A stretch of 46,072 nucleotides of DNA, taken from positions 1 to 46,072 of the forward strand of contig CAVOAA010000001.1 of assembly GCA_963693555.1 (NCBI GenBank), written 5' to 3'. The translations under genes and the position numbers were made by a program. Each line of letters begins with the position of its first letter. Positions within the stretch are counted from its first letter, which is position 1. Under the pieces are notes generated by a model. That model saw only the letters and a program-made list of their open reading frames with translations, was not told the DNA's origin and did no database searches. Positions 17,701 to 25,162 of this stretch are shown piece after piece. Source of the DNA: Dehalococcoidia bacterium (GTDB lineage Bacteria; Chloroflexota; Dehalococcoidia; Lucifugimonadales; UBA3495).

Positions 17701-18530
17701 AGTCCAGCAAGCAGGTCACCGGGTTCATCAACAGCGCCTACGCCAACACCCGCTCGCTGGCCCACGCCGCCATCATGTATGTGGCACCGTCCAACGTGGC
17801 CAAGAACGAAGGGTCGATGCGGCCGGTTGACATAATCGCGCCCAAAGGCCTGATAGTAAACGCCAACCCACCCGCGCCGGTGTGCATGAGCACCAACCAC
17901 TGCGCCGAAGAAATCGTCGAGGCTATCTTCAAGGCCTTGGCTCAAGCCGTGCCCAAGGAAGTGAACGCTGGGTTCTCGAGGCGTCTGCGTTACGCAATCA
18001 CCGGCATGGACCCACGCACCGGCCGTCAGTTCATCTGGCACTTCTTCCTGGCCAGAGGCGGTGGCGGCGCAACCTATGGGTATGACGGTTGGCCTGGTGT
18101 CGGCGAGATTAACGTGGCCGGTGGTATACGCAGTCCCAGCATAGAAGTCACCGAAGAGCGGTTCCCATTCTTCATCCGCAGGCACGAGATACGCCCCAAC
18201 TCGGGCGGGCAGGGAGAGTGGCGCGGCGGAGTGGGCGGAATCTGCGACCTGGTCTACGAGGGGGAAGGCCCGGCCCTGCTGAACACGGCCGGCGACGGCA
18301 TCGTCGTGCCGCCCTTTGGCCTATTTGACGGCCAAGACGGCCTCCCGCACGACTACAAGCTCATCTGCAACGGCGTCGACCGGCCCCTTGGCTCCAAGGA
18401 GACCGAGGTCGTCGTCAACCCGGGAGACCACGTCTACTGCCTGTCATCGGGCGGCGGTGGCTACGGCAACCCATCCGACCGCAGCAAGGAAGCAGACGCG
18501 TGGGACAAGCTGAACGGGTACGTGGAATAG
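14799..18530 (+). CDS. Fused hydantoinase A / hydantoinase B (HyuA-HyuB; 5-oxoprolinase / N-methylhydantoinase-type ATP-dependent amidohydrolase)
   Basis: The N-terminus VIGIDVGGTFTDFV and FDMGGTSTD mark the HyuA ASKHA fold. From about residue 700, DPVTLAVVEHRLESIAREM...LNDPYFGGSHLPD marks HyuB. GTG start with GGGGAG upstream. Confidence 0.85.
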   Translation: MYVIGIDVGGTFTDFVVAQEGQPPRYFKTASTPNDPSEGLMTGLGDAAAAHDLSLEDFLAAADMIIHGSTVATNTLVERKGAKVGLITTDGFRDLLEMREGLKEDRYNLRMTPVVPLVPRYLRSEVPERVRSDGSTKVALDEDALNAALDGLKDEGVEALAVCFLFSYLNSAHEDRVGEIIQAKFPGMYTSLSSQVIPQIKEFDRLSTTVINSYVGPVLGRYLENLQERLTQINTSGQHSADFLIMQSNGGVAPIEDSRRLAVRSILSGPAGGVSGAAAYGRLSGSNDIIAFDMGGTSTDISLIENGEPHLSTEKFEAGWKISVPMIDIHTMGAGGGSIASVGPGGIMQVGPESAGAMPGPAAYGKGGEKPTVTDANLALGYLDAGNFLGGSTVLDKSLSEEAIAGHVAQPTGLSMVEAAEGISEVVSTSIAEGIRLMSVQRGVDPRRFTMMAFGGAAGLQAGKVARQLQVEKVIIPAAAAVLSAHGMLSTDLKYDYSRSHPSALLSMDLDAVKNLVAGMEDEGRQKLLGQGVPEEKIEVTISADMRYLDQIYEVNVPIPNLTQGAETLLNQWAENFHQRYRELYSYSQSEQEIRLVTVRVSVVGRLPKLDPPPLETGSGQPAKPKGSRQIYLGGWTDAPIYEISELSPGSSVDGPAVLESDFTTVLVETGDKATIDPYGGIELQVSLESTGTAAAATDRPDPVTLAVVEHRLESIAREMTEVMLRTAMSQILNSSRDFSTAILDAECQLVAQGEGIPVHVSALPVAGAAVRDYFGDSISEGDLFILNDPYFGGSHLPDITIIKPVFHEGKLLFYGVNRAHHSDVGGGTHGGYNPRATEIFQEGIRIPPLKLYDKGVPREDVLQMLSANVRQPENFLGDLNAQIGSTMIAAQRIAELLESYGSERLLASVEEILSATERQVRQFITEWPDGVYYGESLVDDDGFDNKLIPIRAKVTIAGDSMAIDLGESSKQVTGFINSAYANTRSLAHAAIMYVAPSNVAKNEGSMRPVDIIAPKGLIVNANPPAPVCMSTNHCAEEIVEAIFKALAQAVPKEVNAGFSRRLRYAITGMDPRTGRQFIWHFFLARGGGGATYGYDGWPGVGEINVAGGIRSPSIEVTEERFPFFIRRHEIRPNSGGQGEWRGGVGGICDLVYEGEGPALLNTAGDGIVVPPFGLFDGQDGLPHDYKLICNGVDRPLGSKETEVVVNPGDHVYCLSSGGGGYGNPSDRSKEADAWDKLNGYVE

Positions 18531-18538
18531 CTGGTCGT

Positions 18539-19108
18539 TCAGACTGCCTGAACCGCGCCCTTGAACCGGTCCCTTATCTCCTCAGGCGTGTGGGAAACCC
18601 GGGGGATGCCCTCAAGGGGGGCGATTCCGGCTTTCACTAAGATCAGGCTTAGCTGGCCGCCGTTCGTTGCTTCGGTCAGGGCTGCTTCCAGTTCCTCTAG
18701 GTCTTCGACACGGCGTGTCCACGGGTAGCCGGTCGTGTTGGCCGTCTGAGCCAGGTCGAAGTTGGAGCTGATGCTTGGTTGCCCGCCGGTGGACTCGTAG
18801 GCCTCGTTGTCCAGGATGATGTGGACAAGGTTGGCCGGCTGCTCTGAGGCGATCAGTGGTAGTGTCCCCAGGCTCATCATTGCGCTGCCGTCGCCTTCCA
18901 GCACGAACACCCGCTTGTTGGGGGCCTGTAGGGCGAGACCCAGCCCCATGGCCGAAGCCAGCCCCATGGACCCAATCATGTAGAAGTTGCCGGGACGGTC
19001 TTTTAGGGTGAATAACTCCCGGGAAATCATGCCAGTGGTGCTAATCACCAGGTCGCCGCTTCCGACGTGAGCCAGGATACTTTCTATAGCCTGGTAGCGT
19101 GCGATCAA
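18539..19108 (-). CDS. comE: TPP-dependent sulfopyruvate/phosphonopyruvate decarboxylase, beta subunit (ComE-like)
   Basis: TPP-binding motif GDGSAMMSLGTLPLIA...NLVHIILDNEAYESTGGQ. The TTG start overlaps the alpha-subunit stop (TTGA). Confidence 0.7.
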   Translation of the reverse strand: MIARYQAIESILAHVGSGDLVISTTGMISRELFTLKDRPGNFYMIGSMGLASAMGLGLALQAPNKRVFVLEGDGSAMMSLGTLPLIASEQPANLVHIILDNEAYESTGGQPSISSNFDLAQTANTTGYPWTRRVEDLEELEAALTEATNGGQLSLILVKAGIAPLEGIPRVSHTPEEIRDRFKGAVQAV

Positions 19109-19599
19109 GATATTACCCCGGACCGGACCAGCAGCGCCCCTGGAATCGAACGCTCTTTGATGGTCTCCAACAGCAGGTCCAAGACCGCGTCCAGGTTATC
19201 GGGCTCTAATATCTCGTAGGGGACTTCCAGCAAGTTAAAGAACTCCGGTGTTTTGGCGCCCATTATCCAGTGCTCGAGAGCGTCGTTGGGCGGTCCGCCG
19301 TAGCCGCGCCAGCCCACGATCAGCAGTGCCGGTATCTTGTACATCAGGTTGAACGAAGTCAGCGGGTTGACCAGGTTGCCTACCCCGGAATTCTGCAGGA
19401 TCACCCCGCCGAGACCACCGGTAAAAAAAGTGGCGCTGGCGATGCCCAGGGCAACGTCTTCCCGCACCGCCGGTACGTAGCGAATGTCCGGGTCGTTGAC
19501 CATCACGTTGTAGGCGTCATGGAAGGTGGAATCCGGGACTCCGGAGAAGAAATTCAGTCCCCGACCCTTCAGCGCGGCCCAGAAATCATGGGCGTCCAT
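19105..19599 (-). CDS. comD: TPP-dependent sulfopyruvate/phosphonopyruvate decarboxylase, alpha subunit (ComD-like)
   Basis: FWAALKGRGLNFFSGVPDSTF...NSGVGNLVNPLTS is typical of the pyrimidine-binding half of ComD/Ppd enzymes. Confidence 0.7.
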   Translation of the reverse strand: MDAHDFWAALKGRGLNFFSGVPDSTFHDAYNVMVNDPDIRYVPAVREDVALGIASATFFTGGLGGVILQNSGVGNLVNPLTSFNLMYKIPALLIVGWRGYGGPPNDALEHWIMGAKTPEFFNLLEVPYEILEPDNLDAVLDLLLETIKERSIPGALLVRSGVIS

Positions 19600-19676
19600 G
19601 TTAGCTCCTCACACATTTGTTGGGCTTGGCTAATAGCATAATAGCCCGCAGCTATGATCGACCCACGCCTCTCTTT

Positions 19677-19777
19677 GTCACCCTGATCCTTCCAGGGAAG
19701 GAGAAGGGTCTCTTTGCTCTCGACCAACACCGTTAATCTGGCAATGGGATTCTTCGGCTGGCGCCTCAGAATGACAA
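19677..19777 (+). repeat. Composite REP/MITE-like intergenic element, copy 1 (caccctga...gaagggtc module, then gattcttcggctggcgcctcagaatgacaa module)
   Basis: The 30-nt 3' module (19748-19777) matches 25117-25146 at 29 of 30 positions. The 5' module and the overall architecture are shared with 25056-25146. Confidence 0.75.
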
Positions 19778-19833
19778 ATTCACAGCAACGCCAGCGCTGG
19801 ATTGGGTCAGCCTAACATATATGCATACGTTGT

Positions 19834-19862
19834 TTGACCGGCCTGTTTGAGGGGAGTAGAAT
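19834..19862 (+). promoter_or_regulatory. Sigma-70 promoter of the csoR-copA operon
   Basis: TTGACC (19834-19839), exactly 17 nt of spacer, TAGAAT (19857-19862). Confidence 0.7.
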
Positions 19863-19871
19863 TGGAAGTGT

Positions 19872-19897
19872 AAACCCACCCCCAGGGGGTATGGGTT
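19872..19897 (+). promoter_or_regulatory. Putative CsoR operator
   Basis: 13-nt perfect palindrome ACCCCCAGGGGGT (19878-19890), flanked by AACCCA and TGGGTT. It lies just downstream of the -10 box and resembles known GC-rich CsoR operators (CCCC..GGGG pseudo-palindromes). Confidence 0.65.
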
Positions 19898-19910
19898 GGG
19901 AGGGACCGAG

Positions 19911-20177
19911 ATGTTTCCCAATGTCAAAGAAGACGCGCTCAAACGGATGAGCTATATCGAAGGGCACCTGGCCGGCATCCGGAAGATGCTGGACGAGGAC
20001 AAATATTGTGTCGACGTGCTCAAGCAGACTTATGCCGTCCGCCGGGCCATCGAGAAGATGGAGAGCCTGCTGCTGGAAGGGCATCTGAAGTCGTGCGTGG
20101 TGGAGGGCATCAAGTCCGGCCGCGCCGAAGAGATCGTCGACGAACTCAAAGACCTGTACATCCTGTCCAACAAGTAG
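19911..20177 (+). CDS. csoR: CsoR-family copper-sensing transcriptional repressor
   Basis: YIEGHLAGIRKMLDEDKYCVDVLKQTYAVRRAIEKMESLLLEGHLKSCV carries the C-H-C Cu(I) ligand signature (C...HxxxC). ATG 19911 is preceded by GGGAGGG at 7 nt. Confidence 0.9.
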   Translation: MFPNVKEDALKRMSYIEGHLAGIRKMLDEDKYCVDVLKQTYAVRRAIEKMESLLLEGHLKSCVVEGIKSGRAEEIVDELKDLYILSNK

Positions 20178-20195
20178 CGATTTAAGGGGAGAGAA

Positions 20196-20801
20196 ATGTC
20201 TGCATACGTGATTGGCGACATCACTGTCACCGACCCTGATACCTTTGCCAAGTACGCTGGCCGGGTGCCCGCCAGCAGCGGAGCCTATGGCGGCAAGTAC
20301 CTGGTCCGTGGTCCGGATAAGTGTGAACCCGCCGAAGGCGATTGGAATCCGAAACGCTTTGTGCTGGCTGAGTACAAAGACGTGGAGACCATCAAGGCCT
20401 GGTACTACTCAGATGAGTATAAAGAGCTAACCAAGCTACGCCAGAGCGCGTCCACTGGGTCATTGCTCATCGCCGAGGGTATAGATCCCGTTGACCAGGG
20501 CAGCGACAGTGGGAAACCGGGTTACTTGGTCGCTGACATTGAAGTTACAGACCCTGCCCTCTTCGACGAATACCGAGCCGGAGTACCAGCGACCATCGCG
20601 GCGTTCGGTGGAAAATATCTGGTGAGGGGAGCTACAGGCGAGGTGCTCGAAGGACCGTGGACTCCCAAACGCTTGGTGGTATTGGAGTTCGAGAGCCTCG
20701 CTCGGGCCAAAGAGTGGTACAACTCGACGGACTACGCCGACCTGAAGAAAATGCGCCACAATGCCTCAAATTCGAAAGCAATATTCGCCGAGGGCGGATA
20801 A
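20196..20801 (+). CDS. Protein made of two tandem DUF1330 domains
   Basis: MSAYVIGDITVTDPDTFAKYAGRVPASSGAYGGKYLVRG...WNPKRFVLAEY...AWYYSDEY..L..LR is repeated as GYLVADIEVTDPALFDEYRAGVPATIAAFGGKYLVRG...WTPKRLVVLEF...EWYNSTDY. Confidence 0.85.
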   Translation: MSAYVIGDITVTDPDTFAKYAGRVPASSGAYGGKYLVRGPDKCEPAEGDWNPKRFVLAEYKDVETIKAWYYSDEYKELTKLRQSASTGSLLIAEGIDPVDQGSDSGKPGYLVADIEVTDPALFDEYRAGVPATIAAFGGKYLVRGATGEVLEGPWTPKRLVVLEFESLARAKEWYNSTDYADLKKMRHNASNSKAIFAEGG

Positions 20802-20871
20802 CCTCCGGCAGCACATCCCCTTCAGCTGAACCGCATCAAAGGATTGGGCAGCCGTTAATCGGAAGAGCATC

Positions 20872-23394
20872 ATGGCCACAACAGATAACATCATAAAATT
20901 GAACCTGCCGGTAGAAGGCATGACCTGTGCGGCCTGTGTGGGCCACGTTGAGAACGCTCTAAAAGACGTTCCCGGAGTGCTCGATGCCTCCGTTAATCTT
21001 GGCACGGAGAAGGCTTCGGTGGAGTTTGATCCTGCCGAGGTCTCGTTCCAGGTGATCGAGGATGCCGTGTCCGGAGCTGGCTACAAGCTTGGTCGGCAAT
21101 CCGCGTCGTTGAACATCGGCGGCATGACCTGCGCTGCCTGCGTGGGCCACGTCGAGAACGCCCTTTTAAGCGTGCCTGGGGTCGCCCAAGCCAACGTGAA
21201 CCTGGGCGTGGAACGGGCGTCTGTTGAGTTCATACCGGGCATGGTTGAGATCGCCGACCTCCTGAAGGCAGTGGAGGATTCCGGCTACCGGGTCGAGGGT
21301 TTGAACGACTCCGGCGACCAGGAACGGGAGCTGGAACGCCTCTCCAAGGTCAAAGAGATACGAGAGCTGCGCAACCGCCTGGTACTGGCCGGCAGCGGCG
21401 CAATCTTGCTGTTCCTGGGCACATTTGACGTCTTCCCGTGGGTCTCCAACTTGATGGGACGGGCCTACTATCCCTTCTTGCTGTGGGCCCTGGCGACGCC
21501 GGTGCAGTTCTGGGCCGGCTCCAACTTCTACAGTTCCGGATTGGGAGCACTCAGGCACCGCACGTCCAACATGCACACGCTGATCGCACTGGGGACCACC
21601 GTGGCCTACGGCTACAGCGTGGCCGTGGTGTTGCTTGATGTCTTTAATCCGGGATTACTGGCTGACAACGGGATCGACGCCAAGGTCTACTTTGATACGG
21701 CAGCCATCATAGTCGCCCTGATCCTGCTGGGCCGGTTCTTGGAGGCGGGAGCACGCGGGCGGACATCCGAAGCCATCCGGCGGCTTATCGGGCTCCGGCC
21801 CACGACAGCACGGGTGGTGCGCAACGGCGAAGAGATAGACATCCCCGTGGACCAGGTGGTCATCGGCGACACGGTACTGGTACGTCCCGGAGAGAAGATT
21901 CCGGTGGACGGCATTGTGACCGACGGCTATTCGGCGGTGGACGAATCCATGCTCACCGGTGAAAGCATGCCGGTGGAAAAGACCCCCGGCCAGAAGTTAT
22001 TTGGCGCCACGATCAACGCAAACGGCGCACTGTATTTCGAGGCCACCCAGGTCGGCGGCGAAACGGTCCTGGCCCAGATCATAAAGTTGGTGGAAGATGC
22101 CCAGGGTTCAAAAGCCCCCATTCAACGTCTGGCCGACCAAGTTGCCTCGTACTTCGTTCCGGCGGTGATAATCGCATCTATCGCGGCCTTTGCGTTCTGG
22201 ATGTTCTTGGGCCCGGCCCCGGTTCTGACCTTCTCCACCTTGGTGCTGGTATCGGTGCTGATCATCGCCTGTCCCTGCGCCCTGGGGCTGGCCACCCCCA
22301 CGGCCATCATCGTGGGTACCGGCAAGGGAGCGGAGCATGGGGTACTGATCAAGCAGGCACAGGCCCTGGAGATCGCTCACAAGGTCGATACAGTGGTCTT
22401 GGACAAGACTGGCACACTCACCACCGGAAAGCCGGTTGTAACCGACCTGATCGTCTCTGACGACACCGGTTCGTCGGAATCTGCGCTCCTCTTCCTGGCC
22501 GCATCTGCCGAGCGGGGTTCCGAGCACCCGCTGGGCGAGGCAATCGTCATGGAGGCCCAGAGCCGGGGGCTGGAATTGGAATCGGCGTCTGATTTCCGGG
22601 CCATTCCCGGACGGGGCATCTCGGCCCAGGTCAGCGGACATACGGTCTTGTTCGGCAATCAGGCTTTGATGGAAGACTCAGGCGTGTCGCTGAACGGGTT
22701 GGTCGAGCAGGCGTCAGCTCTGGCGGCCCAGGGTAAGACGCCTATGTATCTGGCCAGCGACGACCGGGCCATAGGCCTGATCGCCGTGGCTGACACGGTG
22801 AAACCGGAGGCTGCTGAAGGTCTCGCCAAGCTCCGTAACATGGGCCTGGAAGTTGTGATGCTAACCGGCGACAATGTCCAGACCGCCCACGCAATAGCAA
22901 GTCAGTTGGGTGTGGACCGGGTCGAGGCGGAAGTATTGCCTCAAGACAAGGCCGCCGTGATTAAGAGACTGCAGGCGGAAGGTCGCGTGGTGGCGATGGT
23001 CGGCGACGGCATCAACGACGCCCCGGCGTTGGCCCAGTCGGACGTAGGGATGGCCATGGCCAGCGGTACCGACGTGGCCATGGAATCGGCGGATATCACC
23101 CTGATGCGGAGCGACGTTGACGGCGTGGCCATCGCACTGGACTTGAGCCGGCAGACCATCCGCACGATCAAGCAGAACCTTTTCTGGGCCTTCTTCTATA
23201 ACGTGATGCTGATTCCCGTGGCGGCCGGGGTGTTGTACCCCGTCTTCCAGGGAGTGGGCGGCGTGCCGGTTGGCCTGGAATTCTTCTTTGGAGAACAGGG
23301 TTTCTTGAACCCTGCCCTGGCCGCACTGGCCATGGCGTTCAGCTCGGTGACGGTTGTCACCAATTCCCTGAGACTGAGGCAGGCGAGATTCTAA
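20872..23394 (+). CDS. copA: Copper-translocating P1B-type ATPase with two N-terminal HMA domains
   Basis: Two [12 protein letters not shown] motifs, TGES, CPC ([13 protein letters not shown]), DKTGTLT, HP and GDGINDAP. Confidence 0.95.
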   Translation: MATTDNIIKLNLPVEGMTCAACVGHVENALKDVPGVLDASVNLGTEKASVEFDPAEVSFQVIEDAVSGAGYKLGRQSASLNIGGMTCAACVGHVENALLSVPGVAQANVNLGVERASVEFIPGMVEIADLLKAVEDSGYRVEGLNDSGDQERELERLSKVKEIRELRNRLVLAGSGAILLFLGTFDVFPWVSNLMGRAYYPFLLWALATPVQFWAGSNFYSSGLGALRHRTSNMHTLIALGTTVAYGYSVAVVLLDVFNPGLLADNGIDAKVYFDTAAIIVALILLGRFLEAGARGRTSEAIRRLIGLRPTTARVVRNGEEIDIPVDQVVIGDTVLVRPGEKIPVDGIVTDGYSAVDESMLTGESMPVEKTPGQKLFGATINANGALYFEATQVGGETVLAQIIKLVEDAQGSKAPIQRLADQVASYFVPAVIIASIAAFAFWMFLGPAPVLTFSTLVLVSVLIIACPCALGLATPTAIIVGTGKGAEHGVLIKQAQALEIAHKVDTVVLDKTGTLTTGKPVVTDLIVSDDTGSSESALLFLAASAERGSEHPLGEAIVMEAQSRGLELESASDFRAIPGRGISAQVSGHTVLFGNQALMEDSGVSLNGLVEQASALAAQGKTPMYLASDDRAIGLIAVADTVKPEAAEGLAKLRNMGLEVVMLTGDNVQTAHAIASQLGVDRVEAEVLPQDKAAVIKRLQAEGRVVAMVGDGINDAPALAQSDVGMAMASGTDVAMESADITLMRSDVDGVAIALDLSRQTIRTIKQNLFWAFFYNVMLIPVAAGVLYPVFQGVGGVPVGLEFFFGEQGFLNPALAALAMAFSSVTVVTNSLRLRQARF

Positions 23395-23442
23395 TCGCCG
23401 TTTAGGCAATTCAAACCAGAATAAAGACCGGAGGAAACGATA

Positions 23443-23874
23443 ATGGCGACAGCTATAGACCCGATATGCCAGATGGATGTGGATACCGACAACCCACCCG
23501 GAGGGCAGAGCGAATACCAGGGCACGACCTACTATTTCTGCGCTCCCGGCTGCAAGGTGGCCTTCGACAAAGAGCCGGATAAGTACCTGTCCGAAGCCCA
23601 TGACCATGACCATGACGATCATGAAGGACATGATCACGGCAGCCATGATAAGCACGAGGGGCACGATCACGGCAGTCATGACGACCACGAAGCTCACGAA
23701 GAAGAGGCTGAAGAGAGCCATGATGACCACGGTGACCATGGTGACGAAGGGCACAGTCATGGTCCGGGCGGCCACAGCCACGGCGGGCATCACATGCCTG
23801 AAAGCGCGTCAGAGGCTGCTGCGCCGACTGGCAAGAAGCCTGGCTTCTTCTCCCGGTTGTTCGGCAAGAAATAG
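23443..23874 (+). CDS. YHS-domain protein with a His/Asp-rich metal-binding tail
   Basis: DPICQMDV....YQGTTYYFCAPGCKVAFDKEPDKYL is the YHS domain. It is followed by HDHDHDDHEGHDHGSHDKHEGHDHGSHDDHEAHEE..HDDHGDHGDEGHSHGPGGHSHGGHH. Confidence 0.85.
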   Translation: MATAIDPICQMDVDTDNPPGGQSEYQGTTYYFCAPGCKVAFDKEPDKYLSEAHDHDHDDHEGHDHGSHDKHEGHDHGSHDDHEAHEEEAEESHDDHGDHGDEGHSHGPGGHSHGGHHMPESASEAAAPTGKKPGFFSRLFGKK

Positions 23875-23928
23875 GGGTTAGAGACCTTGATCTGAGGCTA
23901 GGGGCAGGTAGGCAAGGTTCGATATTTT

Positions 23929-24903
23929 CTAACTGTCGTGCGGGCTCTCGGAAAAAACTGCAACCCCTCTATCCATAAATTCCATCATAACCCTCGGCAG
24001 TTCCGTCAGCTGATTGCCGTTCAGGTACAGCTCCTTCAGGTTGGTCAGGTTGCCTATCTCGGGAGGCAGTTCCGTGAGCTGGTTGCCGTTCAGCTCAAGC
24101 CGGTACAGGTTGGTCAGGTTGCCGACCTCGGGAGGCAGCGCCGTGAGCTGGTTGCCGTTCAGCACTAGCGAGCGCAGGTTGGTCAGGTTGCCGATCTCGG
24201 GAGGCAGCGCCGTGAGCTGGTTGCCGTACAGTTCCAGACCGATCAGGCTATTCAAGTTGCCGATCTCCGGAGGCAATGCCGTCAGCCGGTTGTTCCCCAA
24301 GTACAGCCCGGTCAGGTTGGTCAGGTTGCCGATCTCGGGGGGCAGGGCCGTGAGCTGGTTGCCGTACAACCCTAGCCAGTCGAGGTTGGACAGGTTACCT
24401 ATCTCGGGGGGCAGGGCCGCCAGCTGGTTGTCATACAGGTGCAGCTCATTCAGGTTGCTCAGGTAGCCAATCTCGGGAGGCAGGTCCGTCAGCTGGTTGC
24501 CGTACAACCCTATCCAGTCTAGGTTGGACAGGTTACCTATCTCTGGGGGCAGCGCCTTCAGCTGGTTGTCGTTCAGGTGCAGTTCCTTCAGGTTATTCAG
24601 GTCTCCTATCTCGGGAGGCAGCTCTGTCAGCTGGTTCTCACCCAACACTAGCCGGTACAGGTTGATCAGGTTGCCTATCTCGGGCGGCAGCTTCGTCAGT
24701 TGGTTGCGGCCCAGCCCTAGCCGGCGTAAGTTTCTGAGGTTGCTGATTTCGAAGGGCAGAGCTGTCAGCCGGTTCTCGCCTAGGAGCAGCGCATTCAGCC
24801 AGCTGCGATCGCCTATCTCAGGAGGCAGCTCGGCCAGCCCGGCTGCCGTAAGATTCAGAACTCCAGAACGGTCATTTAAAGAGTGAACATGCATACTCTG
24901 CAT
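23929..24903 (-). CDS. Leucine-rich repeat protein, about 13 tandem 23-aa LRRs, no signal peptide
   Basis: Repeats of LxNLxxLxLxxNQLTxLPPEIGN with 69-nt DNA periodicity. I prefer the start at ATG 24903 (MQSMHVH); the ORF-track TTG at 24930 lies inside the upstream terminator palindrome. Confidence 0.85.
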   Translation of the reverse strand: MQSMHVHSLNDRSGVLNLTAAGLAELPPEIGDRSWLNALLLGENRLTALPFEISNLRNLRRLGLGRNQLTKLPPEIGNLINLYRLVLGENQLTELPPEIGDLNNLKELHLNDNQLKALPPEIGNLSNLDWIGLYGNQLTDLPPEIGYLSNLNELHLYDNQLAALPPEIGNLSNLDWLGLYGNQLTALPPEIGNLTNLTGLYLGNNRLTALPPEIGNLNSLIGLELYGNQLTALPPEIGNLTNLRSLVLNGNQLTALPPEVGNLTNLYRLELNGNQLTELPPEIGNLTNLKELYLNGNQLTELPRVMMEFMDRGVAVFSESPHDS

Positions 24904-24928
24904 GCTACATCGCAATTTCCTGACGGAC

Positions 24929-24960
24929 AACCAAAAGGCCGCTTAAGCGGCCTTTTGGTT
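24929..24960. terminator. 32-nt perfect palindrome, bidirectional terminator-like (downstream of secA)
   Basis: AACCAAAAGGCCGCTT|AAGCGGCCTTTTGGTT, a GC stem flanked by A and T runs. Confidence 0.75.
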
Positions 24961-25055
24961 ATCCGGGGCATTTGGTGACGGGTCTGGTAAATCAGCCTAT
25001 GTTCCGCTCTTCGCCCACCATCTGGGGTAGGAGACCGCGGATGTTGGTGGCGATT

Positions 25056-25146
25056 GCTCACCCTGAGTGAAGCGAAGGGTCGCTTGGTCTCAGCCAAAAA
25101 GGCGCATGGGCAACGAGATTCTTCGGCTGGCGCCTCGGAATGACAA
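25056..25146 (+). repeat. Composite REP/MITE-like intergenic element, copy 2
   Basis: gctcaccctgagtgaagcgaagggtcgc ... gattcttcggctggcgcctcggaatgacaa. Same module order and orientation as 19677-19777. Confidence 0.75.
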
Positions 25147-25162
25147 CGGTCCAGAGAGATAT

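Noticed and set aside
22861-23793. 310-aa minus-strand ORF with an apparently very hydrophobic N-terminus (VMV/IVM runs)
   Set aside because: The hydrophobic run is simply the reverse complement of the His/Asp-rich repeat of the YHS protein (CAT/GAC read as ATG/GTC). The remainder is antisense to copA.
23929-24930. Regular 69-nt periodicity that could be mistaken for a CRISPR or other non-coding tandem array
   Set aside because: The periodicity maintains one long open frame encoding canonical LRR units. There are no spacer-like unique segments between the repeats.
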